Shown: positions 33,259-43,101, numbered from the stretch's first letter. The stretch: 64,000 nucleotides of DNA from Pseudomonadota bacterium (GCA_043797085.1 JAZDQA010000013.1:192001-256000), one strand, 5' to 3'. Translations and numbers: made by a program. The notes: generated by a model from the letters alone, not told the origin.

Positions 33259-35370
33259 ATGCTAAAACTACAAGATGATCGTACTTCCTTAAAAATGCTC
33301 TTTGTTTTTATTCTAATTGCGTATATTTTTTCAGTTCTAATGCGCTTTATTTGGGTCAATGAAATCAGTAGTATTCCTCAATTTCATTGGAATAATGAAC
33401 TAATGATTAACACCAATGATGGCTATGCCTTTGCAGAGGGAGCTCGTGATATTCTTCAAGGTCATCATGAAGAGAACGATTTATCATGGTCGGATTCGGC
33501 TATCTCTCAATTGACTGCCTTTCTGGCTAAAATTATTCCCGTTAGTTTTGAGACTCTTATCCTTTATATGCCCACCTTTATAGGTTCACTCATTGTCATA
33601 CCTCTTATCCTTATTGGACGAGCTCTCAATCAAACCACAATGGGATTTATTGCTGCGCTCATGGGTTCGATCGCTCACAGCTACTACAATCGTACTATGA
33701 CAGGTTACTATGATACCGATATGCTCAATATCGTATTTCCTGTATTGGAGATGTATTCACTGATTCTCGCCCTCACGTACCAGCGAAACCGTATCCTCAT
33801 TCCTATTACCATTTCTATTGCCTTATATCAATGGTGGTATCCTGGAGCATATGCCTTCGATAGTGCTCTTTTTCTCATGCTAATCGGATATGCTCTTATC
33901 TTTGAGCGCAAGAATGTGTATCTTTATAAAATCGCTTTATTTATTCTTATTGGTATTTTAGCTATTCCTCTTGTCAGTAAAATCAGCCTAGCCCTTATTC
34001 TTTTTGCTTTCTTTCACTTCCAAAAAGAGCTTTCTGTAAAACTTTTTTGGCCTCTTTTTACTGCAATCGCAGGAATTTACTTTTTTACCGGTGGAATCGA
34101 TCCTATTTGGACTCTTCTAAAGGTATACATTGTCCATAGTGCCTCAGAAAATACAGTTACTACATCCCTAAATTATTATAATGTTATAAACACTGTACGG
34201 GAAGCTGGACATATTCCTTTCACTGTTTTTGCAGAACGTATTAGTGGGCATACAATTACTTTTATACTAGCATGTATCGGTTATATTATGGCTCTCATAG
34301 CATATCGTCCTCTTCTAATTACTCTTCCGTTGGTTGGGCTTGGATTTATTGCCACATTTGCAGGATTACGTTTTACTATTTATGCTGTTCCCGTCATGGC
34401 CATTGGGTTTGCCTATTTACTTATATTTCTCACTCAACGCATTGAAAAATCATGGCTTAAATATGCCACTCTTTTTGTTTTTATCGGAGCAGGAATTTAT
34501 CCTAATTATCTTCATATCAAAGAATACATGACTCCAACGGTTTTTACAACTCAAGAAGTAACCTCTCTTGATCAATTTCGAAAAATTGCAAGCAGAGATG
34601 ATTATGTTGTTACATGGTGGGATTATGGTTATCCAATCCGTTATTACAGTGATGTCAAAACATGGATTGATGGAGGAAAGCATTCCGGAGATGTAAATTA
34701 TCCAGCATCCTTTGTCCTCACGACACAAGATCAAAATTCTGCTGCGCATATGATGCGTTTATTCACGGAATACACAGAGAAAGGCTATAAAGACAGTAAC
34801 AAAACTCAAAATGATTTTGAATATATGATGACCAAAGAAGGATTTAAAGATCCTGAAGAATTTTTAACCGCATTAGCTTTACCCGAATATAAGCTACCAA
34901 AAAAGAGTAGAGATATTTATCTCTACCTGCCATTGCGAATGATGGAAATTTTACCTACTATTACCCTCTTCAGTAATTTGGATCTTAAAAATCCGGATAA
35001 TCGAGACCAGCCTTTTTTCTATGCAACTCAAACAATGCAAGATACAGGTAAAACTCTCGAACTAGGAAATGGCATCTCTGTTATTAAAGATAAAAATATT
35101 GTCAAAATCGGGAATCAAGAAGTTCCGATTAAAGCTTTTTACCAAGTTGGCTATGACAAAACCAATACGCTTCAAATTAACGAGCAGCACTTTACTTCCG
35201 ATGGTTTAAATCTCATTTATATGGCAAGCTATGGACGATTTTTAGTTTTGGATGATTTTTATTTCAACTCTACTTATATTCAAATGTTTATCCTAGATCG
35301 ATACGACCGCAATCTTTTTGTCCCTATTTTAAGTGACCCTATGACTAAAATTTATAAACTAAAAATATAA
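33259..35370 (+). CDS. pglB: STT3-family oligosaccharyltransferase
   Basis: NTNDGY, YYDTDM, TVRE, WWDYG, DGGKH, MMEI. Confidence 0.95.
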   Translation: MLKLQDDRTSLKMLFVFILIAYIFSVLMRFIWVNEISSIPQFHWNNELMINTNDGYAFAEGARDILQGHHEENDLSWSDSAISQLTAFLAKIIPVSFETLILYMPTFIGSLIVIPLILIGRALNQTTMGFIAALMGSIAHSYYNRTMTGYYDTDMLNIVFPVLEMYSLILALTYQRNRILIPITISIALYQWWYPGAYAFDSALFLMLIGYALIFERKNVYLYKIALFILIGILAIPLVSKISLALILFAFFHFQKELSVKLFWPLFTAIAGIYFFTGGIDPIWTLLKVYIVHSASENTVTTSLNYYNVINTVREAGHIPFTVFAERISGHTITFILACIGYIMALIAYRPLLITLPLVGLGFIATFAGLRFTIYAVPVMAIGFAYLLIFLTQRIEKSWLKYATLFVFIGAGIYPNYLHIKEYMTPTVFTTQEVTSLDQFRKIASRDDYVVTWWDYGYPIRYYSDVKTWIDGGKHSGDVNYPASFVLTTQDQNSAAHMMRLFTEYTEKGYKDSNKTQNDFEYMMTKEGFKDPEEFLTALALPEYKLPKKSRDIYLYLPLRMMEILPTITLFSNLDLKNPDNRDQPFFYATQTMQDTGKTLELGNGISVIKDKNIVKIGNQEVPIKAFYQVGYDKTNTLQINEQHFTSDGLNLIYMASYGRFLVLDDFYFNSTYIQMFILDRYDRNLFVPILSDPMTKIYKLKI

Positions 35371-35373
35371 ACA

Positions 35374-37167
35374 ATGCAACAAGAAAAGCCAAGCGCACAG
35401 ATGCTGACACCAAGCAGTACAAAACGGCTGATGTTTTTCGTCCTTGCGGATATCTTTCTTTCGGTTTTTACTCTTTATAGTGCATATCTGCTTCGTTTTA
35501 ATTTTGCAATCCCAGAAAATTTTCTCCTCCCCTTTTGGCATGTTGTATTTTTGATTATTGTACTAAAAATATCTACGATTGCTCTCTTTAGTGGCTACCG
35601 TTTCATTTGGCGTTTTTTTGCCCTTAATGATGCTAAAAAACTTTTTTTTGCCCATCTTTTAGCGTACACTCTGTTTTCTTTACTCTTTTTATTTTTCCCC
35701 GAACCCTTTAATCCTTTCCCTAGAAGCGTTATTATTATTGATCTGTTTCTCTCCTTTATTTTCTTGGGAGCATTGCGGTTTTCCAAGCGGCTTTTAATTG
35801 AGTCAAGCGGTAACATCAGTAAACTCAAACCAGCCATTATCATAGGGATATCCTCTAACACCGACACTCTTATTAAAAGTTTGTTAAAAGGAGATTACTA
35901 TCCTCTTGCCATTATCGCGGTACTGGACAAAAATCAAAACATGGTCGGCTCAACAATTCACGATATCAAAGTATATAATTTTCATCAACTTTCCGAAATT
36001 GTTCAAAAACACCCTATAACTGCTGCTGTCATCGATGGGACTTTGCCACAAAAAACATTGCAACAAATTTACGCCAACCTCAAAGAAACTTCCATACAGG
36101 AAATCAAACGCTCCATCAACTTAAGCGACACAATCAGCTCAATTGAACCTCTTCGCATCGAAGATCTTCTCGCCCGTCACCCCAAAGACCTCGATACCCA
36201 AACCATCGAGAACTTTATACAGGGTAAAACGATTATGATTACCGGTGCAGGAGGAAGTATCGGGAGTGAAATTGCGTTGCAATGTCATCTGTTTGGAGCA
36301 TTAGAACTTATCCTAATCGATCACAGTGAATACAATCTTTATCAAATCGGCGAAAAACTTCCAAAAGCCCAAATGCGACTGTGCAATATACTCGATCGCA
36401 CTATGCTCGATTCTATTATCCGTACCAGTAAGCCTGATATCCTTATTCACGCTGCCGCCTACAAGCACGTTCCTCTGTGTGAAGCCAACATCCATGCGGC
36501 GATTACCAACAACGTCATTGGAAGCTGCAACGTCATTGACAGTGCCATCGATCATAACGTTTCAAAGGTTGTCATCATATCCACTGACAAAGCGGTACGC
36601 CCTACGAACATCATGGGAACGACCAAGCGGATCGTTGAACTCTATGCCCAAAACGTTGATTCACGAAACAGCGAGATTGTGGCGGTTCGTTTTGGGAATG
36701 TTTTGGGTTCCAGCGGAAGTGTTATTCCAAAATTCAAAGAGCAAATCGAAGCAGGTGGACCCATCACCCTGACACATCCTGATATAACCCGCTATTTTAT
36801 GCTCATTAGCGAAGCGTGCCAGCTCGTTCTTCAAGCAGCTGCTATTGCCCGTGGCGGTGAACTTTTTATTCTTGACATGGGAGAACCTATTCGGATTATT
36901 GATTTAGCGCGCACGATGATTCGACTTTATGCGCATAATGATATTGAGATAGTGACCACGGGATTACGTCCGGGGGAAAAACTGTATGAGGAACTTTTGA
37001 TTGATGAGAGCGAACAAAAAACCGCTTTTGATTCGATTATGATCGCAGGGTCAACAGTTTATCCTATCGAGCAATTGCGTAATGATATTCAAACGCTTCT
37101 GCTCTCAGATGAACCCATTAATGCTCTTCGTCAAATCGTCCCCGAATTTACAAACCCTGCGGTGTAA
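35374..37167 (+). CDS. pglF: UDP-GlcNAc 4,6-dehydratase, membrane-bound (PglF/CapD/WbpM family)
   Basis: About 4 TM; TGAGGSIGSE, HAAAYKHVP, STDKAVRP, RFGNVLGSSGSV, GLRPGEKLYEEL. Confidence 0.92.
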   Translation: MQQEKPSAQMLTPSSTKRLMFFVLADIFLSVFTLYSAYLLRFNFAIPENFLLPFWHVVFLIIVLKISTIALFSGYRFIWRFFALNDAKKLFFAHLLAYTLFSLLFLFFPEPFNPFPRSVIIIDLFLSFIFLGALRFSKRLLIESSGNISKLKPAIIIGISSNTDTLIKSLLKGDYYPLAIIAVLDKNQNMVGSTIHDIKVYNFHQLSEIVQKHPITAAVIDGTLPQKTLQQIYANLKETSIQEIKRSINLSDTISSIEPLRIEDLLARHPKDLDTQTIENFIQGKTIMITGAGGSIGSEIALQCHLFGALELILIDHSEYNLYQIGEKLPKAQMRLCNILDRTMLDSIIRTSKPDILIHAAAYKHVPLCEANIHAAITNNVIGSCNVIDSAIDHNVSKVVIISTDKAVRPTNIMGTTKRIVELYAQNVDSRNSEIVAVRFGNVLGSSGSVIPKFKEQIEAGGPITLTHPDITRYFMLISEACQLVLQAAAIARGGELFILDMGEPIRIIDLARTMIRLYAHNDIEIVTTGLRPGEKLYEELLIDESEQKTAFDSIMIAGSTVYPIEQLRNDIQTLLLSDEPINALRQIVPEFTNPAV

Positions 37168-39265
37168 ATAATATTTCGATCGGAAACGGACGATCGATGT
37201 GGTACCCTTGCGCAAAGTCCACATTAAGCTCATTAAGCACATGCAACACTGCAGCTGTCTCAACATACTCACAAATGGTTGCGATGCCCATAACGTGCCC
37301 TATTTGATTGATGGCATCTACCATTGCGCGGTTAATCGGATTAAGATGAATATCGTGAACGAAAGAGCCGTCTATTTTTAAATAATCGATCGGCATATTC
37401 TGCAAATACGAAAACGATGAGAGCCCGCATCCAAAATCATCCAATGCAAAACGGCATCCCAATGCTCGAAATTCATTAATAAATTCCAAAGCATTCGTCA
37501 TATTCCCTACAGCTTCGGTCTCTGTGATTTCAAACGTTATCGTGTGATAGGGGACACCATAATTTCCGAACAATCCCCGTATAAAATCTTTTGTCCTCGC
37601 ATCACCCAAAGACGCGCCTGAAATATTGATACTAAAATACGTCTCTTCATTCACTTCATGCCAAATCTTTGTAAAGCTTTTAAAGGTATTTTCCATCACC
37701 CATCGATCGAGTTTGGGCATAAAACCATAGCGCTCTGCTGCGGGTATAAATGCCATAGGAGGGATAATCTCCCCACTTTCTTCACGAAGCCGCACTAAAA
37801 CTTCATAATGCCGACGTTGAAGCGGATCTAAAACGGGAACAATCGGCTGAACGTACAAAACAAATGAATTAGTAATTAATGCCTCTTCAAGCCGTCCAAT
37901 CCACTGCATTTGGTTGCGGCGTTCTTGAATCGTTGCGTCTTTTGGATGTGCCACGTGAATACGGTTTCGACCGCCGTCTTTTGCCGCATAACACGCAGCG
38001 TCCGCTTGAGACAAGAGATTGGTCAAAGTGCAACACTCTTTCATAATCCCTACCATCCCTATACTGGCCCCTATTCGGAAGGTATTGCCTTGATAATTAA
38101 ATCGATATTCGCCTATCGCATTAAGCAACCGCTGACCTTGTAATTGAGCATCTTCAATGGTCGAATCAATATAAATAATTCCAAACTCATCACCGCCTAA
38201 TCGCGCAACCACGTCACACTCTCGGGCAGAACGCTTTAAAACAAGAGCGATCTGGCGCAAGAGCTCATCTCCCGCAATGTGTCCGCACTTGTCATTAATG
38301 ATTTTAAATTGATCCAAATCGATATAGCACATCACATGAGTCGCTTCACCTTTCTTCGTACTCTCTATTGCAGCTTTGAGGCGCTGCTCAAACTCATAAC
38401 GATTCACCAATCCGGTAATCGAGTCCAGCTTAACCATTTTTTCCAGCTCTTGCGTACGGCGAGAGACTTCGGCTTCAAGCGATTCATTGTAGTTTTTAAG
38501 CTGTACATTCAATTCATGGTTCTCAAAATCAGCACGGGCAAGTTGATCGGTATTGATCGTCACTTTATATGTCAGCCAAAATAAAAGAGAAATAATGACA
38601 ACAATATTAAGATCGCGCCAAAATGTATCCGTAATAAACATAAAAAGTGCTGCCAAAAATCCGATAGCAAATACAAATCCATTAAACTGCATTCCCGTAC
38701 AATCAGGGGCAGCAAGGGTACAATAATCACACCTTGCATACGGTTTAAACCCATTCCGAGCGAGAATACAATTTTTATTCGTAGTCAATTCCGGCAAGTC
38801 ACTAGAGCACGATGAAGATTTTTGCAAACTTTTAAGCCCTATGTAGCCTAACGCTGAAAGACAAAAGCCAAAAAAGGTGCTTATCATCATAAACACCCCC
38901 ATAAATGTCCCTATCAACCATGTAATCAAAGGATAATAGAAGAATAATCCAATAGCAACAGAGGAGACCAGCAACCGTAAGAACAACTCAAACCATTCAC
39001 TCTCTCGATTCATAAAATAGGATCGTTCATACGCAGGAGAAATGGTACAGATGGATCGTTTGAGGATTAATTCAATGAGGTGTAAAAGCCAACTGGTCGG
39101 GGAATAATGGAGGGTAGTGATAAGCGTAATTAAATTGACAGCAAAATAGAGATAAAAAAGTCCGATATTTTGAAAAAATACCCCAAAAATTATAATAAAA
39201 CCTAAAACCAAGCGATTAAATTTAACTTCACCTGGTGTCGGTGATTGATACGCGAACCACAACAT
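37148..39265 (-). CDS. Membrane GGDEF-EAL diguanylate cyclase/phosphodiesterase with DUF4395-like N-terminus
   Basis: RECD...GGDEF, EVLVRL, EITET, DDFGCG; N-terminal TM bundle with FGFC. Confidence 0.92.
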   Translation of the reverse strand: MLWFAYQSPTPGEVKFNRLVLGFIIIFGVFFQNIGLFYLYFAVNLITLITTLHYSPTSWLLHLIELILKRSICTISPAYERSYFMNRESEWFELFLRLLVSSVAIGLFFYYPLITWLIGTFMGVFMMISTFFGFCLSALGYIGLKSLQKSSSCSSDLPELTTNKNCILARNGFKPYARCDYCTLAAPDCTGMQFNGFVFAIGFLAALFMFITDTFWRDLNIVVIISLLFWLTYKVTINTDQLARADFENHELNVQLKNYNESLEAEVSRRTQELEKMVKLDSITGLVNRYEFEQRLKAAIESTKKGEATHVMCYIDLDQFKIINDKCGHIAGDELLRQIALVLKRSARECDVVARLGGDEFGIIYIDSTIEDAQLQGQRLLNAIGEYRFNYQGNTFRIGASIGMVGIMKECCTLTNLLSQADAACYAAKDGGRNRIHVAHPKDATIQERRNQMQWIGRLEEALITNSFVLYVQPIVPVLDPLQRRHYEVLVRLREESGEIIPPMAFIPAAERYGFMPKLDRWVMENTFKSFTKIWHEVNEETYFSINISGASLGDARTKDFIRGLFGNYGVPYHTITFEITETEAVGNMTNALEFINEFRALGCRFALDDFGCGLSSFSYLQNMPIDYLKIDGSFVHDIHLNPINRAMVDAINQIGHVMGIATICEYVETAAVLHVLNELNVDFAQGYHIDRPFPIEILFTPQGL

Positions 39266-39342
39266 ACTTTATCATCCTATTGTCACAAAAATATCACATT
39301 TGTTTATCATACTCAGAAAAGTAAAAAAAGGAGCTTAACTCT

Positions 39343-39371
39343 TGTCATTCCGTGCCACGACACGGAATCCA
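39343..39371 (+). repeat. REP-like palindromic repeat (copy 2)
   Basis: TGTCATTCCGTGCCACGACACGGAATCCA; stem ATTCCGTG/CACGGAAT. Confidence 0.8.
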
Positions 39372-39386
39372 TTCACTATTTATGAA

Positions 39387-39436
39387 TACCGTATCTATCC
39401 CTAAATGGCACATGAAGTACGGTACCTCAAAGAGGT
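39387..39436. other. Additional hairpins downstream of ilvD
   Basis: TACCGTA...TACGGTA and ACCTC-AAA-GAGGT inverted repeats. Confidence 0.35.
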
Positions 39437-39446
39437 TCTGACAGTA

Positions 39447-41135
39447 TTATAACTCTGTTTTTAACGCAGCCCCATTCGAAGCATTGGAGACAAGAAGGCT
39501 GTAACGCTTAAGCCACTTGGAGGTAATCTCTTTTTTGTGAGGTTTCCACGCCGAACGACGCATAGAAAGTACCTCTTCATCGACATTCAGCTGCAATAAA
39601 TGGGTATCGACATCCAGTTGAATCTCATCCCCATCCTCGATAAGAGCAATAAGTCCACCCTCAGCAGCCTCAGGGCTTACGTGCCCGATGGATGCACCGC
39701 GTGTTGCTCCGCTAAAACGTCCGTCTGTGATCAGCGCTACGCTCTCACCCAGTCCCATCCCCATAATCAATGCCGTAGGAGCTAGCATCTCTTGCATCCC
39801 AGGACCCCCTTTTGGTCCTTCGTAGCGGATAACGACGACATCTCCGGCTTTTACTTTGTGACCCATAATTCCGGCAATGGCTTCATTTTGGGAGTTAAAA
39901 CAAATCGCTTTTCCTGTAAATTGACGCATATTAGAGGTAATTCCGGCTGTTTTAACAACCGCTCCCTCTAATGCCAAATTTCCAAAAAGAATCGATAACC
40001 CACCGACAGGAGAAAAAGCGTTTTCATTCGTGTGGATAATGCCTGTATCTTTAATAACCGCATCTTTAATTCGCTCACCCAGTGTTTCACCCGTAACCAT
40101 CATGGCATCCAAATGTAGAACACCGCCTCTACGGCTTACCTCTTTCATAACGGCATTGACTCCGCCTGCACGGTTGATATCGTCCATATGAACGGTCGAA
40201 AGTGACGGAGAAATTTTTGCGATATGGGCAACTTTCTCCGAAATTTCATTGATTTTGTGAATGCTGAAATCAACTTCTGCCTCTTTGGCAATGCTCAACA
40301 AATGTAAAACGGTATTAGACGAGCCGCCCATCGCCATATCAATAACAAATGCATTGTGAATTGCTTTGTCATTTAGAATGTTGCGCATATTCCACTTCTC
40401 ACTGTTTTTATCCAGTGTCATCTCGACAATACGCTTCGCAGCAACTTTGACCATAGCAATACGCTCAGGCGTCATTGCCAAAACTGTACCATTACCCGGC
40501 AATGCAACGCCCATCGCTTCACAAAGGGTATTCATAGAGTTTGCCGTAAACATGCCCGAACATGACCCGCCGCTTGGGCAGGCTTCACATTCGATCTCAT
40601 AGAGTTCTTCATCACTCATCTTACCATTGGCATGTTGACCCACCGCTTCAAATGCGGTTGCAAGGTCGATAGGGGTTCCGTCTTTTTTATGCCCAGCCTT
40701 CATAGGCCCGCCCGACACAAAAATCGTCGGAACATTGACACGTAATGCACCCATTAACATTCCCGGTACGATCTTGTCACAGTTAGGGATACAAATCAAT
40801 CCGTCAAGCTTGTGCGCATTCATTACCGTTTCGATACTGTCGGCTATCAACTCACGACTTGGCAAGCTGTACAACATCCCATCATGGCCCATCGCAATAC
40901 CATCATCCACACCGATAGTATTAAACTCAAACGGCACACCACCTGCTTCTCGAATCGCTTCTTTTACGATGCGACCGTACTCTTGAAGAAAAAAGTGCCC
41001 CGGAATAATGTCAATATGTGAGTTTGCCACTCCAATAAACGGCTTATTAAAATCTTCATCTTTTAATCCCGTTGCTCGTAACAAACTTCGGTGAGGAGTT
41101 CTGTCAAATCCTTTTTTAATCGTATCACTGCGCAT
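39447..41135 (-). CDS. ilvD: Dihydroxy-acid dehydratase
   Basis: [45 protein letters not shown]. Confidence 0.98.
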   Translation of the reverse strand: MRSDTIKKGFDRTPHRSLLRATGLKDEDFNKPFIGVANSHIDIIPGHFFLQEYGRIVKEAIREAGGVPFEFNTIGVDDGIAMGHDGMLYSLPSRELIADSIETVMNAHKLDGLICIPNCDKIVPGMLMGALRVNVPTIFVSGGPMKAGHKKDGTPIDLATAFEAVGQHANGKMSDEELYEIECEACPSGGSCSGMFTANSMNTLCEAMGVALPGNGTVLAMTPERIAMVKVAAKRIVEMTLDKNSEKWNMRNILNDKAIHNAFVIDMAMGGSSNTVLHLLSIAKEAEVDFSIHKINEISEKVAHIAKISPSLSTVHMDDINRAGGVNAVMKEVSRRGGVLHLDAMMVTGETLGERIKDAVIKDTGIIHTNENAFSPVGGLSILFGNLALEGAVVKTAGITSNMRQFTGKAICFNSQNEAIAGIMGHKVKAGDVVVIRYEGPKGGPGMQEMLAPTALIMGMGLGESVALITDGRFSGATRGASIGHVSPEAAEGGLIALIEDGDEIQLDVDTHLLQLNVDEEVLSMRRSAWKPHKKEITSKWLKRYSLLVSNASNGAALKTEL

Positions 41136-41158
41136 TATTCATCCTTTTGCTTAGCTTT

Positions 41159-41185
41159 CGTCATTCTCGCGAAGGCGGGAATCCA
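41159..41185 (+). repeat. REP/dRS3-like palindromic repeat
   Basis: CGTCATTCTCGCGAAGGCGGGAATCCA, one mismatch from ATTCCC-N8-GGGAAT. Confidence 0.7.
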
Positions 41186-41235
41186 GCTTTTTTATTAATT
41201 ATTTCTCATTATAGCTAATTTTTTATTCCTGCCTC

Positions 41236-41264
41236 TTTACATACATTATTTTTTTTGCTATACT
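41236..41264 (+). promoter_or_regulatory. sigma70 promoter of the tRNA cluster
   Basis: TTTACA-N17-TATACT with an extended TG, 17 nt before tRNA-Gly. Confidence 0.65.
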
Positions 41265-41281
41265 TCCAGTCCACAAAAAAT

Positions 41282-41356
<75 letters not shown>

Positions 41357-41357
41357 T

Positions 41358-41409
41358 ATACCTCAGTTAAAATATCGAAATCCGATGTCTTAGTTGAGGT
41401 ATTTTTTTT
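41358..41409 (+). terminator. Long stem-loop plus T-tract between tRNA-Gly and tRNA-Leu
   Basis: ATACCTCAGTTAA...TTAGTTGAGGTAT followed by a T run. Confidence 0.55.
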
Positions 41410-41418
41410 GTTATCGTT

Positions 41419-41505
41419 GCCCGGATGGCGAAATCGGTAGACGCAAGGGACTTAAAATCCCTCGGTGGTAACACTGTGCCGGTTCAAGTCCGGCTCCGGG
41501 CACCA
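41419..41505 (+). tRNA. tRNA-Leu(TAA)
   Basis: AGGGA-CTTAAAA-TCCCT anticodon arm; long variable arm; CCA. Confidence 0.97.
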
Positions 41506-41518
41506 CAATTACATGGAT

Positions 41519-41592
41519 GGTGGCATGGCCAAGTGGTAAGGCGCTGGTTTGCAAAACCTTGACCCCCAGTTCGAATCTGGGTGCCACCTCCA
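41519..41592 (+). tRNA. tRNA-Cys(GCA)
   Basis: GGTGGCA/TGCCACC acceptor stem, U discriminator, GCA anticodon, CCA. Confidence 0.93.
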
Positions 41593-41621
41593 AGATGTAA
41601 GAAATACGCTCCTTTTTATGC

Positions 41622-41709
41622 GGGTCACTGGCAGAGTGGTCGATTGCACCGGTCTTGAAAACCGGCGAGGGTTAAACCTCCTAAGGTTCAAATCCTTAGT
41701 GGCCCGCCA
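41622..41709 (+). tRNA. tRNA-Ser(TGA)
   Basis: CCGGT-CTTGAAA-ACCGG anticodon arm; long variable arm; G discriminator; CCA. Confidence 0.95.
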
Positions 41710-41728
41710 TCACAACACAAAAATTCTT

Positions 41729-42619
41729 CTAAATCAACTTTTCCATCACATACATTATCAACGGCAATGTTACTAACGATACAATAATCCCATACCCAAC
41801 CAATGCAGCACTCAAAGCAGGAGCAAATCCTGAAGCAATTGCAAGCGCTCCTGCCGTAATCATCGAAGGCATCCCCGATTCTAACACTGCCGTCTTCAAA
41901 GCCAATGGCTCTACTCCCATCGCAAATAAAAGTCCAAATGCAAAAAATGGCATCACCACAAGCTTTAGAACCAAAGCTTTGGATAAAAGCGGATAATCAA
42001 GCTCTCCTCCTAATTGCATCGAATACCCTACGGATACCAAAGCAAGAGGGACGAGTGTCGAAGAGAGCAGTTGAATATAAGGCTGTATCGAATCAGGAAT
42101 TGATCCAAAAACCAAAGCAAATAGGAGAAAAATAAATGGTGGAAATAAGAGAAGTTTTTTGATAATTAGTCGTTTATGAAAAGACCCAGTCTCATAACGG
42201 GCAATCACCGCCGCTCCATACAAAGAGAGAATTAAAAACGTCCCAAACTGGTCATACATCAAAACATAAGGGATTGCCTGTTCGCCCAAAAGCGTGTGAA
42301 TGATCGGTATCCCAACAAACGAGGTATTTCCCAAAGGGATAACCAAGAGGAGTGCTGCACGAACATGGGGTGGGTGATTTCTCGTCAGAGCAAGAACAAT
42401 GGCAATTACAATCGGAAGCAGTAACCAAGGGATAAGAATCACGCTTAATGCCGAAAAGTCCAAATGAATTTTAGGCACTTGTATTAAAACCGTCGCTGGG
42501 AGCGAAACATAAATAACAAAAAAATTAAGACTTTTAGAAAAATCGGTCGGGGCATCGGTTTTTTGGAGCACTATCCCGATCATTAATAATGCAATAATAA
42601 ATATAAATTGTTCCATCAT
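41729..42619 (-). CDS. AEC (auxin efflux carrier)-family transporter
   Basis: FVIYVSLPA, GNTSFVGIP, LESGMPS; about 10 TM. Confidence 0.9.
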   Translation of the reverse strand: MMEQFIFIIALLMIGIVLQKTDAPTDFSKSLNFFVIYVSLPATVLIQVPKIHLDFSALSVILIPWLLLPIVIAIVLALTRNHPPHVRAALLLVIPLGNTSFVGIPIIHTLLGEQAIPYVLMYDQFGTFLILSLYGAAVIARYETGSFHKRLIIKKLLLFPPFIFLLFALVFGSIPDSIQPYIQLLSSTLVPLALVSVGYSMQLGGELDYPLLSKALVLKLVVMPFFAFGLLFAMGVEPLALKTAVLESGMPSMITAGALAIASGFAPALSAALVGYGIIVSLVTLPLIMYVMEKLI

Positions 42620-42639
42620 CTCTCCTAAAAAATACTATA

Positions 42640-43050
42640 TCAACGATCCAGTATCTCTTCGGTCTCAATTCGAATATAAGGGTTTTTTCGGGTTTCTGTA
42701 AGAATCATTCTCAATCGATTTAATACACTTTGAGGGGATTTAGCGGAATCAAATGTATCCAGTGCAATACAAGAGGTATGATTCTTAAAATATTCATCCA
42801 ACCGATACATGATATTTTGTGACGCCTTATACGCATTATCTTGCTTGGTAAATGAAAAAATGACAAAGTAATGGTTATCATCAAGCTGTATAAGCTGATC
42901 AGAAATCCTAACATGCTGTGACAATTCGACAACACTTAAGGGCTGTTCGTGATACAGCAAAGCAAAAGTTGCATTCACTTGAAACCGCTCAGAAGTATAA
43001 TACGCTTTTTTTACGAGAACATTGACCCTGTTTACATTATTAAAATTCAT
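42640..43050 (-). CDS. Degenerate GGDEF-like protein
   Basis: RISD-QLIQL-DDNHY-FVIF-T pattern mirrors RxxD-x5-GGDEF-F. Confidence 0.55.
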   Translation of the reverse strand: MNFNNVNRVNVLVKKAYYTSERFQVNATFALLYHEQPLSVVELSQHVRISDQLIQLDDNHYFVIFSFTKQDNAYKASQNIMYRLDEYFKNHTSCIALDTFDSAKSPQSVLNRLRMILTETRKNPYIRIETEEILDR

Positions 43051-43101
43051 CTTATTCCAATAAATGATTTAATTTACAGGAGTATACCATTAATGCCACA
43101 A

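Noticed and set aside
41622..41709. tRNA-Sec possibility
   Set aside because: The anticodon is TGA (reads UCA, Ser) and the acceptor stem is a normal 7 bp.
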